Position numbers and translations under genes: made by a program. From the NCBI GenBank assembly GCA_964463285.1, contig CAYXBB010000001.1, positions 1-62,289 on the forward strand: a DNA stretch of 62,289 nt, in the 5' to 3' direction. Shown here one piece after another: positions 44,089 to 53,560 of the stretch (the first letter of the stretch is position 1; every line of letters begins with the position of its first letter). The notes beneath the pieces were generated by a model. It did no database searches. It was not told the DNA's origin and saw nothing but the letters and a program-made list of their open reading frames with translations. This DNA is from an uncultured Syntrophomonadaceae bacterium. GTDB taxonomy: Bacteria; Bacillota; Dethiobacteria; DTU022.

Positions 44089-45216
44089 TTATAGCAGCAG
44101 GTGAACCTGCCGTATAAACCGTTCCCAGGCTGACAATCTCTTAACCTCTTGACCGGCATTTAGTTCCAGCCTCCCCAAAAAATAATCATCCAAATATATT
44201 TCCAACTCGCCCAGTTTCTCTCCGCAGCCAAGCGGAGAACAGTAACTACCGGCCAGTTTCCATTTATATTGCAGCCGTTCTTCTTCTCCTGGAAGCAGGG
44301 GCAGATGCAGATCCTTATTCACTACCACCGGAATATATTCTGGTTTTCCATCGACCACCGGAACCCGTGCCAAAATCTGCCCAGTTGAGAAAATTTTTTT
44401 CCTGGTATAAGTGCGGTAACCATAATCCAGAAGCATCATGACATCTTCCCACATCCGTGGTGCATCAAGAACCACTGCAACCAGCTGCCAGTTGTTTTTG
44501 GTGGCGGAGCCGGCAAGGCAGCGCCCGGCCTTTCTGGTCCATCCGGTTTTAATACCATCTGCTCCGGAATAAAGTTCAAGCAACCGGTTTTGATTGTTTA
44601 AAAACCGCCCTTCCGGGTTGCCCGGCCAGGTAATCACCCGGTGGTCGGTGGAAACGATATTCCGAAACGCCCGGTTATCCAAGGCCTGGCAGGAGATCAG
44701 GGCCAGATCGTAGGCATTGCTGTAATGTTGATCATCGGGAAGACCATGAGGATTTATAAAATGGGTGTTTCTTGCCCCCAGCTGCCTTGCTTTGCAGGTC
44801 ATCAGCAGAGCAAAATTTTCTTCCGTACCGGCCAGATGTTCGGCAATGGCTACCGCAGCATCGTTTCCAGAGCAAAGCATCAAACCGTAAAGCAGTTCCT
44901 CCAGGGTTTTCCTTTCTCCCTGCTCCAACCAGAGGGAGGAGCCTTCGGTGCCGGAGGCCTTTGAGCTAACTATCACCTCTTCCGATTGCTCGCCTAGCTC
45001 CAACGCCAGCAAAGCGGTCATAATTTTAGTTACACTGGCCATAGGCCGAGTCCGATGAGCATCTTTCTCCCATAGCACCCGCCGGGATTCCCGGTCTATG
45101 AGGATGGCAGATTCGGCGCTAATTTCAGTTTCCCAGGCCGGGGTTTTACAGGAGCCGGCCACCCCCAAGACTACCATTAAGAAGAAACAAACCGCACTGG
45201 TAATATATCTACTCAT
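44089..45216 (-). CDS. dacB: D-alanyl-D-alanine carboxypeptidase DacB
   Basis: MASVTK (SxxK), SGNDAA, IKTG; dacB-spmA-spmB synteny. Confidence 0.88.
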   Translation of the reverse strand: MSRYITSAVCFFLMVVLGVAGSCKTPAWETEISAESAILIDRESRRVLWEKDAHRTRPMASVTKIMTALLALELGEQSEEVIVSSKASGTEGSSLWLEQGERKTLEELLYGLMLCSGNDAAVAIAEHLAGTEENFALLMTCKARQLGARNTHFINPHGLPDDQHYSNAYDLALISCQALDNRAFRNIVSTDHRVITWPGNPEGRFLNNQNRLLELYSGADGIKTGWTRKAGRCLAGSATKNNWQLVAVVLDAPRMWEDVMMLLDYGYRTYTRKKIFSTGQILARVPVVDGKPEYIPVVVNKDLHLPLLPGEEERLQYKWKLAGSYCSPLGCGEKLGELEIYLDDYFLGRLELNAGQEVKRLSAWERFIRQVHLLL

Positions 45217-45257
45217 GCCTAAACCCCTGTGCCGGCCGGTTTAAATTGGTATAATTT

Positions 45258-45288
45258 ATTGTTATTCTGCACCGGAGCTAATTATGAA
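45258..45288 (-). promoter_or_regulatory. Sigma-E promoter of dacB-spmAB
   Basis: TTCATA-N16-AATAACAAT. Confidence 0.55.
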
Positions 45289-45363
45289 TTATCTCCGGCA
45301 GTTTTCTATCCGGATCTGCAGTATTCTTTCCTACAACCCCTATATTTCTTATACCTAGTAAGC

Positions 45364-45789
45364 CTAGTAAGGTTGTTCGGCGGAGGCTCGCTCCCGTTTG
45401 AACATTCCCTGAATCTGGTTGATCAGCTGGGGAGCCAGATCAATCAGCCGGTCCAGCATGGCATGGTGATGTACCGGCAGCAACCGCACCTGGCCCTGGC
45501 CGACTACCAGGAAAGCAACCGGCTGTACGGATACTCCTCCCCCGCTGCCTCCGCCAAAAGGAAGTTCTTGACCTGAAGAATTTGGCGAGCGTGGGTTGCC
45601 GGCAGCTTCCTCCTGGTTTTCAAATTCAGTGCCTCCGGCAGCAAACCCGAAGGTTACCCGAGAGATGGGGATAATCACATTGCCGTCCGGTGTTTCCACC
45701 GCATCGCCTACAATTTTATTAACATCCACCATCTCTTTTAAATTTTCCATGGCTGTTTTCATCAATCCTTCAATGGGGTGATCTTCCAT
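45364..45789 (-). CDS. gerW: GerW (YtfJ) sporulation protein
   Basis: HPIEGLM, DVNKIVGD, GFAAGG, PFGGGSGGGVS. Confidence 0.93.
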   Translation of the reverse strand: MEDHPIEGLMKTAMENLKEMVDVNKIVGDAVETPDGNVIIPISRVTFGFAAGGTEFENQEEAAGNPRSPNSSGQELPFGGGSGGGVSVQPVAFLVVGQGQVRLLPVHHHAMLDRLIDLAPQLINQIQGMFKRERASAEQPY

Positions 45790-45791
45790 GT

Positions 45792-46325
45792 TCATGGCCT
45801 CCTGCCTTTTTTAAATAAAGACCACAATTTTATCCACAACCAGATGGGAGCGGCCAACTCACCCACCCAATCAACTTTTAAACCGGTGTTTTGAAAACCG
45901 GGATTAAGCCTGATTTCGGGCTTCCTTTCGAATCGAAAGCAGCGATACAACAAAGGGAGAACCGCCCCCCCTAACGCCCAGGCCCCCCCGGCAGCTATTC
46001 CGGTGAAAGCGGGGTCTTTTAGGCCAAAATCGATCCGCAGAATAAATTTTTTCCAGATCAGATGTTTCCGGTAAGGCCTGCTTATATTAATAATTTCCTT
46101 TAGCCGATGAAGATTTAGTCCCTGCTCCTGATCATTTTGGGTAGTCGGCATAAAGGGGATCTTCCAGCGCCCCAGGGCCAGATAAGCCTTAAATTGAGCG
46201 TTATTATTTTCCCTAAGGTAATGAATAAATATTCGCTGCGGTAGCAAGTAATAAACCCCCGCAAGAAACAACAGACCCGGCAACAGCCATAAGCCTAAGT
46301 ATAACACCCAATGCCCCCGGTCCAT
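45792..46325 (-). CDS. DUF2953 / YtfI-like protein
   Basis: FGLKDPAFTGIAAG; directly upstream of gerW. Confidence 0.75.
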   Translation of the reverse strand: MDRGHWVLYLGLWLLPGLLFLAGVYYLLPQRIFIHYLRENNNAQFKAYLALGRWKIPFMPTTQNDQEQGLNLHRLKEIINISRPYRKHLIWKKFILRIDFGLKDPAFTGIAAGGAWALGGAVLPLLYRCFRFERKPEIRLNPGFQNTGLKVDWVGELAAPIWLWIKLWSLFKKGRRP

Positions 46326-46451
46326 ATAATTTCCTCCTTAAAGCCAAATTTGCTAAAACTTAACCGCCTGGTCTAGCCCGGCGGTTATAATTTGCCCTAA
46401 AATATAAAATTGCAGGTTTTCAGTACCCTGTCAGACTTACGGCCAGGTACC

Positions 46452-46516
46452 CATCCCCGTGACATGTTTTTCAAACAGTCTGCCGTCTCCGTGACAGAAA
46501 CTTCGTCCCCGCAACA
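46452..46516. repeat. Three decayed direct copies of a CGTCCCCGTGACA-like 13-mer
   Basis: CATCCCCGTGACA 46452, CGTCTCCGTGACA 46484, CGTCCCCGCAACA 46504. Confidence 0.5.
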
Positions 46517-46530
46517 CATTCCCTCCTCTG

Positions 46531-47040
46531 TCAGTCACCAAGGGGCGGCAGCTCTGAAAGATCATGGAGGGCGAAATATTTTAAAAACTCGGGAGAAGTG
46601 GAATAAATAAGCGGCCTGCCGGGCCCCGGTTTCCGCCCGCTAATCCGAATAAGCTTTCTCCGAAGCAGGTTATCCAACACATGGCCGCATTTTACCCCTC
46701 TGATTGATTCAATCTCTACCCGGATTACCGGTTGCCGGTAAGCGATAATCGCCAGGGTTTCCAGGGCGGCCCGGGAAAGATTGCCGGTGGTGTCATCGGC
46801 AAACAGTTTTTCCAGGTAAGAGGCCAGGTCCGGCAGGGTGCCCATCTGATAGCCCCCGGCAATTTCAAAAATCCTCAGTCCTCTCGACGAGGAGTCCAGT
46901 TCAGCTTTAAGTTCTTTGATTAGATTAACAATCTGTTCTCCAGGAAGAGGGATTATCCGGCTTAGCTGGCTAAGCTTAACCGGTTCCTCATACAAAAACA
47001 GCACGGCTTCAATCAGCGCTTTGGCTTTTACCGGATCCAT
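46531..47040 (-). CDS. scpB: SMC-Scp complex subunit ScpB
   Basis: IEAVLF, AGGYQM, LSRAALETLAIIAYRQP, GRPLIY. Confidence 0.95.
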   Translation of the reverse strand: MDPVKAKALIEAVLFLYEEPVKLSQLSRIIPLPGEQIVNLIKELKAELDSSSRGLRIFEIAGGYQMGTLPDLASYLEKLFADDTTGNLSRAALETLAIIAYRQPVIRVEIESIRGVKCGHVLDNLLRRKLIRISGRKPGPGRPLIYSTSPEFLKYFALHDLSELPPLGD

Positions 47041-47806
47041 AGCGGTCTTTCCTCCCATTGCGGCCAGTATACACCAGGATCGTTCCAAACAGGCGATCCT
47101 GAAACAAAATTACTTTCTGCCGGCGGGTCAGCTCCAACAGGGCGATAAGTGTATATATCAACTCTCCTTTTTCAGCAATGAGTGTTTTGAAGGTAACCGG
47201 TCCGCTCTGGTGGCGAAGCCGGCGCAATACCCCCGCAATCTTATCCCTTAAGGAATATCTTTCAGTAGGCAGATAGCCCTGAACCCGGGTGGCAGCCTGT
47301 TCCCGGTAGCGCTGCATAATTTCCTGAAGCGCCTGCGCTCCCTCCCAAAATGTATAGTAGGATTGCTGTTGACGGCTTGTCAGTAACATCTTTTTACCGC
47401 CGGTAGTTCGCAGGAACACCTTCTGCTGATCCGCTTCTTTTTCTTTTAGCCATCCGGCAACTTCCTTGAACCTGCGATATTCCTCCAGGCGGGCAAACAG
47501 CTCCTCCGGTGAGCTGAATTCAAATAACAGTTCCTCTCCTTCTTCTCCTTCCATATCCTCCCGAAGGGAAAACGGCAACAGCAGCTTCGATTTTAGGCGA
47601 AGCAGCGTGGCCGCCATCACCAAAAATTCGCTGGCCAGATCCAAATTGAGGGTTTTCATCGATTGCAGGTAGCTTAAGTACTGGTCGGTAATTTGGGCAA
47701 TGGAAACCGACCAGATGTCAACTTCCGCCTTGGTAATTAAATGAAAAAGGAGATCAAAGGGGCCTTCAAAATCCGGTAACCGGATGGTGCAGCTATACTG
47801 TTCCAT
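47009..47806 (-). CDS. scpA: Segregation and condensation protein ScpA
   Basis: FEGPFDLLFHLI, ITDQYL, EFLVMAATLL. Confidence 0.95.
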   Translation of the reverse strand: MEQYSCTIRLPDFEGPFDLLFHLITKAEVDIWSVSIAQITDQYLSYLQSMKTLNLDLASEFLVMAATLLRLKSKLLLPFSLREDMEGEEGEELLFEFSSPEELFARLEEYRRFKEVAGWLKEKEADQQKVFLRTTGGKKMLLTSRQQQSYYTFWEGAQALQEIMQRYREQAATRVQGYLPTERYSLRDKIAGVLRRLRHQSGPVTFKTLIAEKGELIYTLIALLELTRRQKVILFQDRLFGTILVYTGRNGRKDRYGSGKSQSAD

Positions 47807-47827
47807 GGTATTACCTCAGTAACCTGT

Positions 47828-48808
47828 TTATAGATGCATCGCTTCTCGAACCATTGCCAGGGTTTCCCGGGCTGTTTGGGCGGCTTTCTGATTTCCGGCC
47901 TCCAGGATTTCCTGCAGCAGGCGGGGTCTGCCCTGCCACTGTTGGCGTTTTTCAGCGAACGGCTCCAAAAACGAGCAAAGTCGGTGGGAAAGCGTCCCTT
48001 TGCACTGAACGCAGCCGATGCCCGCCCGCCGGCAATTCTCTTCGATCTCTTGCCAGCCTTCCGGGTTAAATACCTTATGAAATTCATAAACCGGGCATAT
48101 TTCGGGCCTTCCCGGATCCCGGCGCCGGGCTCTTTGGGGATCGGTTAACATTAACCGCACTTTTTGTTTTATCTCCTCCGGAGAGGCGGACAGCACAATA
48201 TAATTTTCGTAGCTTTTACTCATCTTCCGCCCGTCGATACCCGGAACCAGAGGCATGAACCCAAACAGGCTTCGGGGTTCGGGAAATATTTCCCGGTAAA
48301 GGTGGTTAAACCGCCGGGCAATCTCTCTGGTGAATTCTATATGCGGTGCCTGATCCTCCCCTACCGGAACCGCATCTGCCCGGTAGGCCAGGATGTCTGC
48401 CGCCTGCAGCAAGGGGTAACCCAGAAAACCGAAAGTGTTTATCTCTTTTCCTTCCAACTGCTTAAGCTGCTCCTTGAAAGTTGGACAGCGCTCCAACCAG
48501 GAGATAGGGGTGATCATGGCCAGCAGCAGGTATAGCTCGGCATGCTCCAGGACAGCCGATTGCCGAAAGATCACCGATCGCTCCGGGTCCAGCCCGGCAC
48601 TAAGCCAATCCAGTAGCATTTCTTGGATATTTTCAGTTAAGTTCTCAGTTTCCCGGTAACCGGTAGTCAGGGCGTGCCAATCGGCGATAAAATAATAGCA
48701 ACGATATTCCTCCTGTAGCCGTATCCAGTTTTGCAAAACACTGTAGTTTCCCAGGTGCAAGCGACCGCTGGGCCGCATTCCGCTGAGTATAACTTCTTTA
48801 TCATCCAT
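47828..48808 (-). CDS. trpS: Tryptophanyl-tRNA synthetase
   Basis: SGMRPSGRLHLGNY, YPLLQAADIL, VPVGEDQ, KMSKS. Confidence 0.97.
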   Translation of the reverse strand: MDDKEVILSGMRPSGRLHLGNYSVLQNWIRLQEEYRCYYFIADWHALTTGYRETENLTENIQEMLLDWLSAGLDPERSVIFRQSAVLEHAELYLLLAMITPISWLERCPTFKEQLKQLEGKEINTFGFLGYPLLQAADILAYRADAVPVGEDQAPHIEFTREIARRFNHLYREIFPEPRSLFGFMPLVPGIDGRKMSKSYENYIVLSASPEEIKQKVRLMLTDPQRARRRDPGRPEICPVYEFHKVFNPEGWQEIEENCRRAGIGCVQCKGTLSHRLCSFLEPFAEKRQQWQGRPRLLQEILEAGNQKAAQTARETLAMVREAMHL

Positions 48809-48836
48809 TGCTGATCACCTCAAATTGATTTACTGT

Positions 48837-49457
48837 CTAAGGTATAAATTGCAACGCCTGGAGCATCAACCGCTTAACTATTTCGGTAACCGGCCAGACA
48901 ATCCTTCCCAAAACGCCTGAAATAAGCAGTCCCACCAGGATTAGCGGAGCATAAGGTTCGATCCGGCGGTAAAGAGCAAGTGCAGATCCCCGGGCTAGGG
49001 TCGACAATATCTTGGAGCCGTCAAGAGGGGGTAAGGGAATAAGATTAAACACCCCCAAAGCAATATTTATGGATACCTGTGTATAAAGCAACAGCCAAAG
49101 GATATCTCCTCCGGAAAAATTCCATCGGCCCACCTTGAGTATCAACAGGCTGGCAAAAGCCAACAAAAAATTTGCCAGGGGGCCGGCAAAAGAAACCCAA
49201 AACATTCCCGAGCGGTAATCACGAAAGTTACGGGGATTTATGGGCACGGGCTTAGCCCAGCCTATTTTGAAGATCAACAGCATTAACGCCCCCAGGGGAT
49301 CCAGGTGCACCAGCGGGTTCAGGCTCAACCGCCCCTGCAACTTGGCGGTGGGATCACCGTAAAGATAGGCTACCCGGGCATGGGCATATTCGTGAACAGT
49401 GATGGCGATCACTAACACCGGAAGAAATATAATCTGCTGTTTCAAATTGCCGACCAC
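48837..49457 (-). CDS. Site-2 protease family (M50) membrane metalloprotease
   Basis: HEYAH, AGPLAN, NLIPLPPLDG. Confidence 0.92.
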   Translation of the reverse strand: MVGNLKQQIIFLPVLVIAITVHEYAHARVAYLYGDPTAKLQGRLSLNPLVHLDPLGALMLLIFKIGWAKPVPINPRNFRDYRSGMFWVSFAGPLANFLLAFASLLILKVGRWNFSGGDILWLLLYTQVSINIALGVFNLIPLPPLDGSKILSTLARGSALALYRRIEPYAPLILVGLLISGVLGRIVWPVTEIVKRLMLQALQFIP

Positions 49458-49460
49458 CGG

Positions 49461-51482
49461 TTAAACCTCCTTTTGGATAAATGAGCTGACAAAATTCCGC
49501 TCCTCTTCCAGCGAGCGAACCCGACCATCCAACACCGCCTCCTTTAATTCCTTCAGGATCCGCTGGAAAATCGGGCCGGGTGATAAACCCATTTTGATAA
49601 GATCATTTCCCTCCAGTCGGGTCCGCACCCGGCGAAGGGAATTTACATAAACCTCCAGGTTATCCCGTACCGTGTTGTTTTCCGCTAACGAATAGGCCAG
49701 CAGCAGCGCTTCCGGGGGCAAATCCTTGAGCAGGTTAACCAGGGTGCTGGGGTTCAGGTCGTCTCTTGCCAGCAAATGCAAAACCCGAGGAACCGCGCTG
49801 CAGGCGGTAAATATCCGCCGGGATTTACCTCGGGAAGGGTAAAGCTTTCCAACCAGTATTATCCTACTGTCCTCTTCCATATCATAGAGCAAGGCGGTTG
49901 CATAAATCGTTTCCGGATCTAAGGGATGCTCCCAATTCCAATGACCGGTCAGATCGAGCGACTGTGAAATCTGTTTCAGCCGTCGCCAGGTGGCGGCAGT
50001 GGTTTGCAGGCGGGGATAAAGAAATTTGAGAGCCCCCAGGTCATCTAGCCTTTTTAATACTCCGGGCGGATCCGGTTCCAAATAAATGGCGCTTATCTCC
50101 TGGCTTAGCCGCGGGCGGCTTACCTTTTCCAGGACCCGCCCGCTAATTGCTTTCTGCATACACCTCATAGTGTTGTCTTCCAGGCAAAAGGATAATCTTT
50201 TTTCAAAACGAATCGCCCGCACGATGCGCAAGGGATCGTCTACAAAACTTAAGTTATACATGATACGGATAATCCCGTCTGCTAGATCGCGGCGCCCGCA
50301 AAAATAATCATATAGCCGCCCGAAAGATTCCGGGATCAGTGAACAGGCCATTGAATTTATGGTAAAATCCCGGCGGTAAAGATCGGATTTGAGGCTGGAA
50401 GGTTCTATCCGGGGCAAAGAACCCGGCAAAGGATAAAATTCCTGGCGAGCGGTAGCCAAATCAAGCCGGTTCCCACCGGGCAAAAACAGGGTAGCGGTAC
50501 CCAGCTGTTCGTAGGTTATCAATTTTCCTCCCAGGCATTTTAACAGTTCCCGAGCCAAAGGAATAGCTTTCGGGATTACTACTAGATCGAGATCATTGAC
50601 CGGCTCCCGGCCCAGAAACAGATCCCTGATTACCCCTCCTACCAAAAATATTTCCGACTTTCGCTGCGCCGCAGCCTGGCCCACCAGCAACAGCTTTCCC
50701 CGGAAACGATCGGAGACTCTTGCCGCCAACAGGGGTAGCAAGCCATCCCGCTCCCTCCAGCCCGGCTGTTCTGAAACACCGCCTTTGAATTCCAGGTTGT
50801 CGCCCGCGGCTTGGCGATCTAAAACATCTTCCAGCGGCTGGGCTTCCAGGGAGGGGGTAGGGCGGTTGTCGTTTGCTGCAACCTTTTTTTTAAGGTCGGG
50901 TTTCTCCTCCCCAGTTAACCCGGCTTTGCCGGCATCATAGCCCAGGCCGGATCTCAGGATTTTAAGTTCAAGGCCGGATTCCCATAAATATTGAACTGCT
51001 GCTATATCTGCCGCAGTAGTGATCGGCGAGGTAAGGGCGTCCGTGCAATCATATATTCCCAAAGCCAACAGGCCGGCTTCCAGTTTGGTTAAGGAGATTT
51101 TTTGCCGGCGGATCTCCCCTATCAGGATGGTAGTTACCGCTGCTACCGGCTGAATGTATGATTCAGCCCTTTGAAATAAAATCCGATCTTCGCGACCGGG
51201 AGAATACAATCGGATATCAGTCGATCGGTTTAGCATTTCTTTTAAAGAGACCGGATCCACAGAGCAGCACGGCCCTATCAGCACCAGTAAATCAAGGTGG
51301 GCCTGTAAATCCCGGCTACCGGCAAATCTAAACAAATGGGGATGGGAATTCACAAATTGCTGAACTTTTAGAGCCGGAGGGTGCATAAACCACATTTTAC
51401 TGTCAGCATATATTTTCCCCGCGGCCAGCATCCCGGCCAGGGCATCAAAATTATTGGCCAAACATGAAACCACTAGCTCCAA
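49461..51482 (-). CDS. tRNA nucleotidyltransferase (likely A-adding type) with a degenerate DHH-like N-terminus; DHHA1/CBS region absent
   Basis: LVGGVIRD...DLD, TARQEFY..PGSLP, RRDFTIN, DDPLRIVRAIRF; TTG start at 51482. Confidence 0.82.
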   Translation of the reverse strand: MELVVSCLANNFDALAGMLAAGKIYADSKMWFMHPPALKVQQFVNSHPHLFRFAGSRDLQAHLDLLVLIGPCCSVDPVSLKEMLNRSTDIRLYSPGREDRILFQRAESYIQPVAAVTTILIGEIRRQKISLTKLEAGLLALGIYDCTDALTSPITTAADIAAVQYLWESGLELKILRSGLGYDAGKAGLTGEEKPDLKKKVAANDNRPTPSLEAQPLEDVLDRQAAGDNLEFKGGVSEQPGWRERDGLLPLLAARVSDRFRGKLLLVGQAAAQRKSEIFLVGGVIRDLFLGREPVNDLDLVVIPKAIPLARELLKCLGGKLITYEQLGTATLFLPGGNRLDLATARQEFYPLPGSLPRIEPSSLKSDLYRRDFTINSMACSLIPESFGRLYDYFCGRRDLADGIIRIMYNLSFVDDPLRIVRAIRFEKRLSFCLEDNTMRCMQKAISGRVLEKVSRPRLSQEISAIYLEPDPPGVLKRLDDLGALKFLYPRLQTTAATWRRLKQISQSLDLTGHWNWEHPLDPETIYATALLYDMEEDSRIILVGKLYPSRGKSRRIFTACSAVPRVLHLLARDDLNPSTLVNLLKDLPPEALLLAYSLAENNTVRDNLEVYVNSLRRVRTRLEGNDLIKMGLSPGPIFQRILKELKEAVLDGRVRSLEEERNFVSSFIQKEV

Positions 51483-51647
51483 AAAAACAAACCCCCGCCT
51501 GGCAAGCCCTGATCTTTTAATCATTCGGATAATTATACCATAAAACGGAAAGGGCATTAACCGTAGAAAACAACCGGACAGCCATTAAAAGAAATTGTTT
51601 GCCTTTATTCGAAGGATACTGTAGGGGCATTACTATAATGGATCTTA

Positions 51648-53144
51648 CTACTTTCGGGGATCTTTTAAGCGATCACTATCAATAGTTTTTAATAAACTGG
51701 GGCGAAAACGCTGGGCATAAAAAGGTTGCCGGTAAAAGATACTGATCAGTGCTTTTCCGTTAAACGGAATCAGCGGCCAGAGATAGGGAACTCCAAATGA
51801 TTTGGTGGTTGCCAATCCCAGCAGCGACACCCCCATCCCGAACAGCAATCCGGGCAGTTTGAACAACCCGGTAAGCACAATCAAGGCCAGCAGCACCACC
51901 CGGTTGGCCATGCTTAACTCCCAGCTGGGGGTGGAAAAAACTCCGATTGCAATGATACCGGTGTACAGGAGGACTTCCGAGGAGAATAACCCTACCTCCA
52001 CGGCAATTTGCCCGATCAGCAGGGCTCCTACCAATCCCAGGGCGGTGGCAAACGGGGTGGGGGTATGCACACTGGCCATTCTTATAAGATCCAGACCGAA
52101 ATGGGCAAATATAAATTGAATAAACAGGGGAATGCTGGCCTTTTCTTTGGGGCCGATGAAGGAAAGTGCAGGAGGTAGATAGCGCGGTTCCAGTACCAAT
52201 AGCAACCATACCGGTATTAAAATAAAGGAAAGCAGTACCCCGGCTATTCGCACCCAGCGAATATAAGTGCCGGTTAAGGAACTATGCCGGTATTCTTCAG
52301 CATGTTGCAGATGATGAAAGATAGTTGCCGGGGCTACCATTACCGAAGGAGAGGTATCTACCATGATCACCACATGCCCTTCCAAGAGGGTGGCTGCCGC
52401 CACATCGGGTCGTTCCGTATAACGAACTTTAGGAAAGGGATTCCAGGAGGATCCGGCTATACACTCCTCCAGCGATTTTTCAGCCATTGGAAAGGCATCG
52501 GCATCGATCTGGTTGATACGGGCCCGGATCCGCTCTACAATTTCGGGGGAAGCTATATCCTTGATGTACATGACTACCGCATCGGTGCTGGAACGACGTC
52601 CAATTTTAATTGCCTCCACCCTGAGCTGCGGATCTCTGATTCGCCGGCGGACCAAAGCCACATTAAAGATCAGGGTTTCTACAAAACCGTCCCTGGACCC
52701 CCGGGTTATTTTTTCAATGTCCGGTTCCTCCGGGGTGCGGGCAGGATATTCCCGGATATCGATAATAATAGCCCGGTCTTCTCCTTCTATAAATAAAGCT
52801 GTCTGGCCGGCCAAAACCTCCTTGATCAGGTCTTCCAGATCCTCCGACAGGGATATTTCCATATGGGGAAGCGCCTCTGCCGCCAATTTTTGTACAGGAT
52901 TGGGCAGCAGATCTTCCCTTTTAAGCCGGGTCAGGGTTTGCAACAGAAGGGTAAACACCTCGCCGTTGGTCAAGCCGTCCACGAACAAAAGGGCAGTTTT
53001 TTTCCCACCAATGATCAGCTCTCTGAGAATAACATCAAAATTTTCTTCCCCGATATCCAACCTTCGCTTTAGATAATCCAGGTTTTGTTCCAGCTTTTTA
53101 AATACCTTTTCTGTTTCCTGTCCGTCAACGGCCGCCATTTTCAA
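51648..53144 (-). CDS. spoVAF: SpoVAF / GerA-family spore germination protein
   Basis: GSRDGFVE, YTERPDVAA, DTSPSVM, RMASVHTP; follows spoVAE. Confidence 0.85.
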   Translation of the reverse strand: MKMAAVDGQETEKVFKKLEQNLDYLKRRLDIGEENFDVILRELIIGGKKTALLFVDGLTNGEVFTLLLQTLTRLKREDLLPNPVQKLAAEALPHMEISLSEDLEDLIKEVLAGQTALFIEGEDRAIIIDIREYPARTPEEPDIEKITRGSRDGFVETLIFNVALVRRRIRDPQLRVEAIKIGRRSSTDAVVMYIKDIASPEIVERIRARINQIDADAFPMAEKSLEECIAGSSWNPFPKVRYTERPDVAAATLLEGHVVIMVDTSPSVMVAPATIFHHLQHAEEYRHSSLTGTYIRWVRIAGVLLSFILIPVWLLLVLEPRYLPPALSFIGPKEKASIPLFIQFIFAHFGLDLIRMASVHTPTPFATALGLVGALLIGQIAVEVGLFSSEVLLYTGIIAIGVFSTPSWELSMANRVVLLALIVLTGLFKLPGLLFGMGVSLLGLATTKSFGVPYLWPLIPFNGKALISIFYRQPFYAQRFRPSLLKTIDSDRLKDPRK

Positions 53145-53193
53145 CCCCTTGATCTGCTATTTTTAATCACTCGCTATTGGTATATGCTATCTT

Positions 53194-53544
53194 TTACCCC
53201 TTGGGGTTAAATATGAATGCAATAATAAAACTAAATATAATGCCGGCGGCAATACCGCTGCTGGTGAGCTCGAACATCCCGGTAAGAACGCCGATAAGAC
53301 CGTGCCGCTCGGCCTCCAGTAGCACCCCCTTTACCAGCGAGTTGCCAAAGCTGGCTATGGGCAAAGAAGCGCCGGCCCCGGCAAATTCTATTAAGCGATC
53401 ATACAGCCCCACAGACCCCAGAATACCTCCGGCTACTACAAACCCCGATAAGATGTGACCGGGTGTAAAAGGAGTAAGATCAAACAGAATCTGGCCCAAA
53501 ACACAAATTAAGCCCCCCACTAAAAATGCCGTCAAATAACCCAT
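53194..53544 (-). CDS. spoVAE: Stage V sporulation protein AE (AEb)
   Basis: AFLVGGLICVLGQ, GAGASLPI, FNPKG. Confidence 0.93.
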   Translation of the reverse strand: MGYLTAFLVGGLICVLGQILFDLTPFTPGHILSGFVVAGGILGSVGLYDRLIEFAGAGASLPIASFGNSLVKGVLLEAERHGLIGVLTGMFELTSSGIAAGIIFSFIIAFIFNPKG

Positions 53545-53560
53545 CTTTTAAACACCTCCT

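Noticed and set aside
48809-48836. T-box upstream of trpS
   Set aside because: The intergenic gap is under 30 bp; trpS is operon-internal
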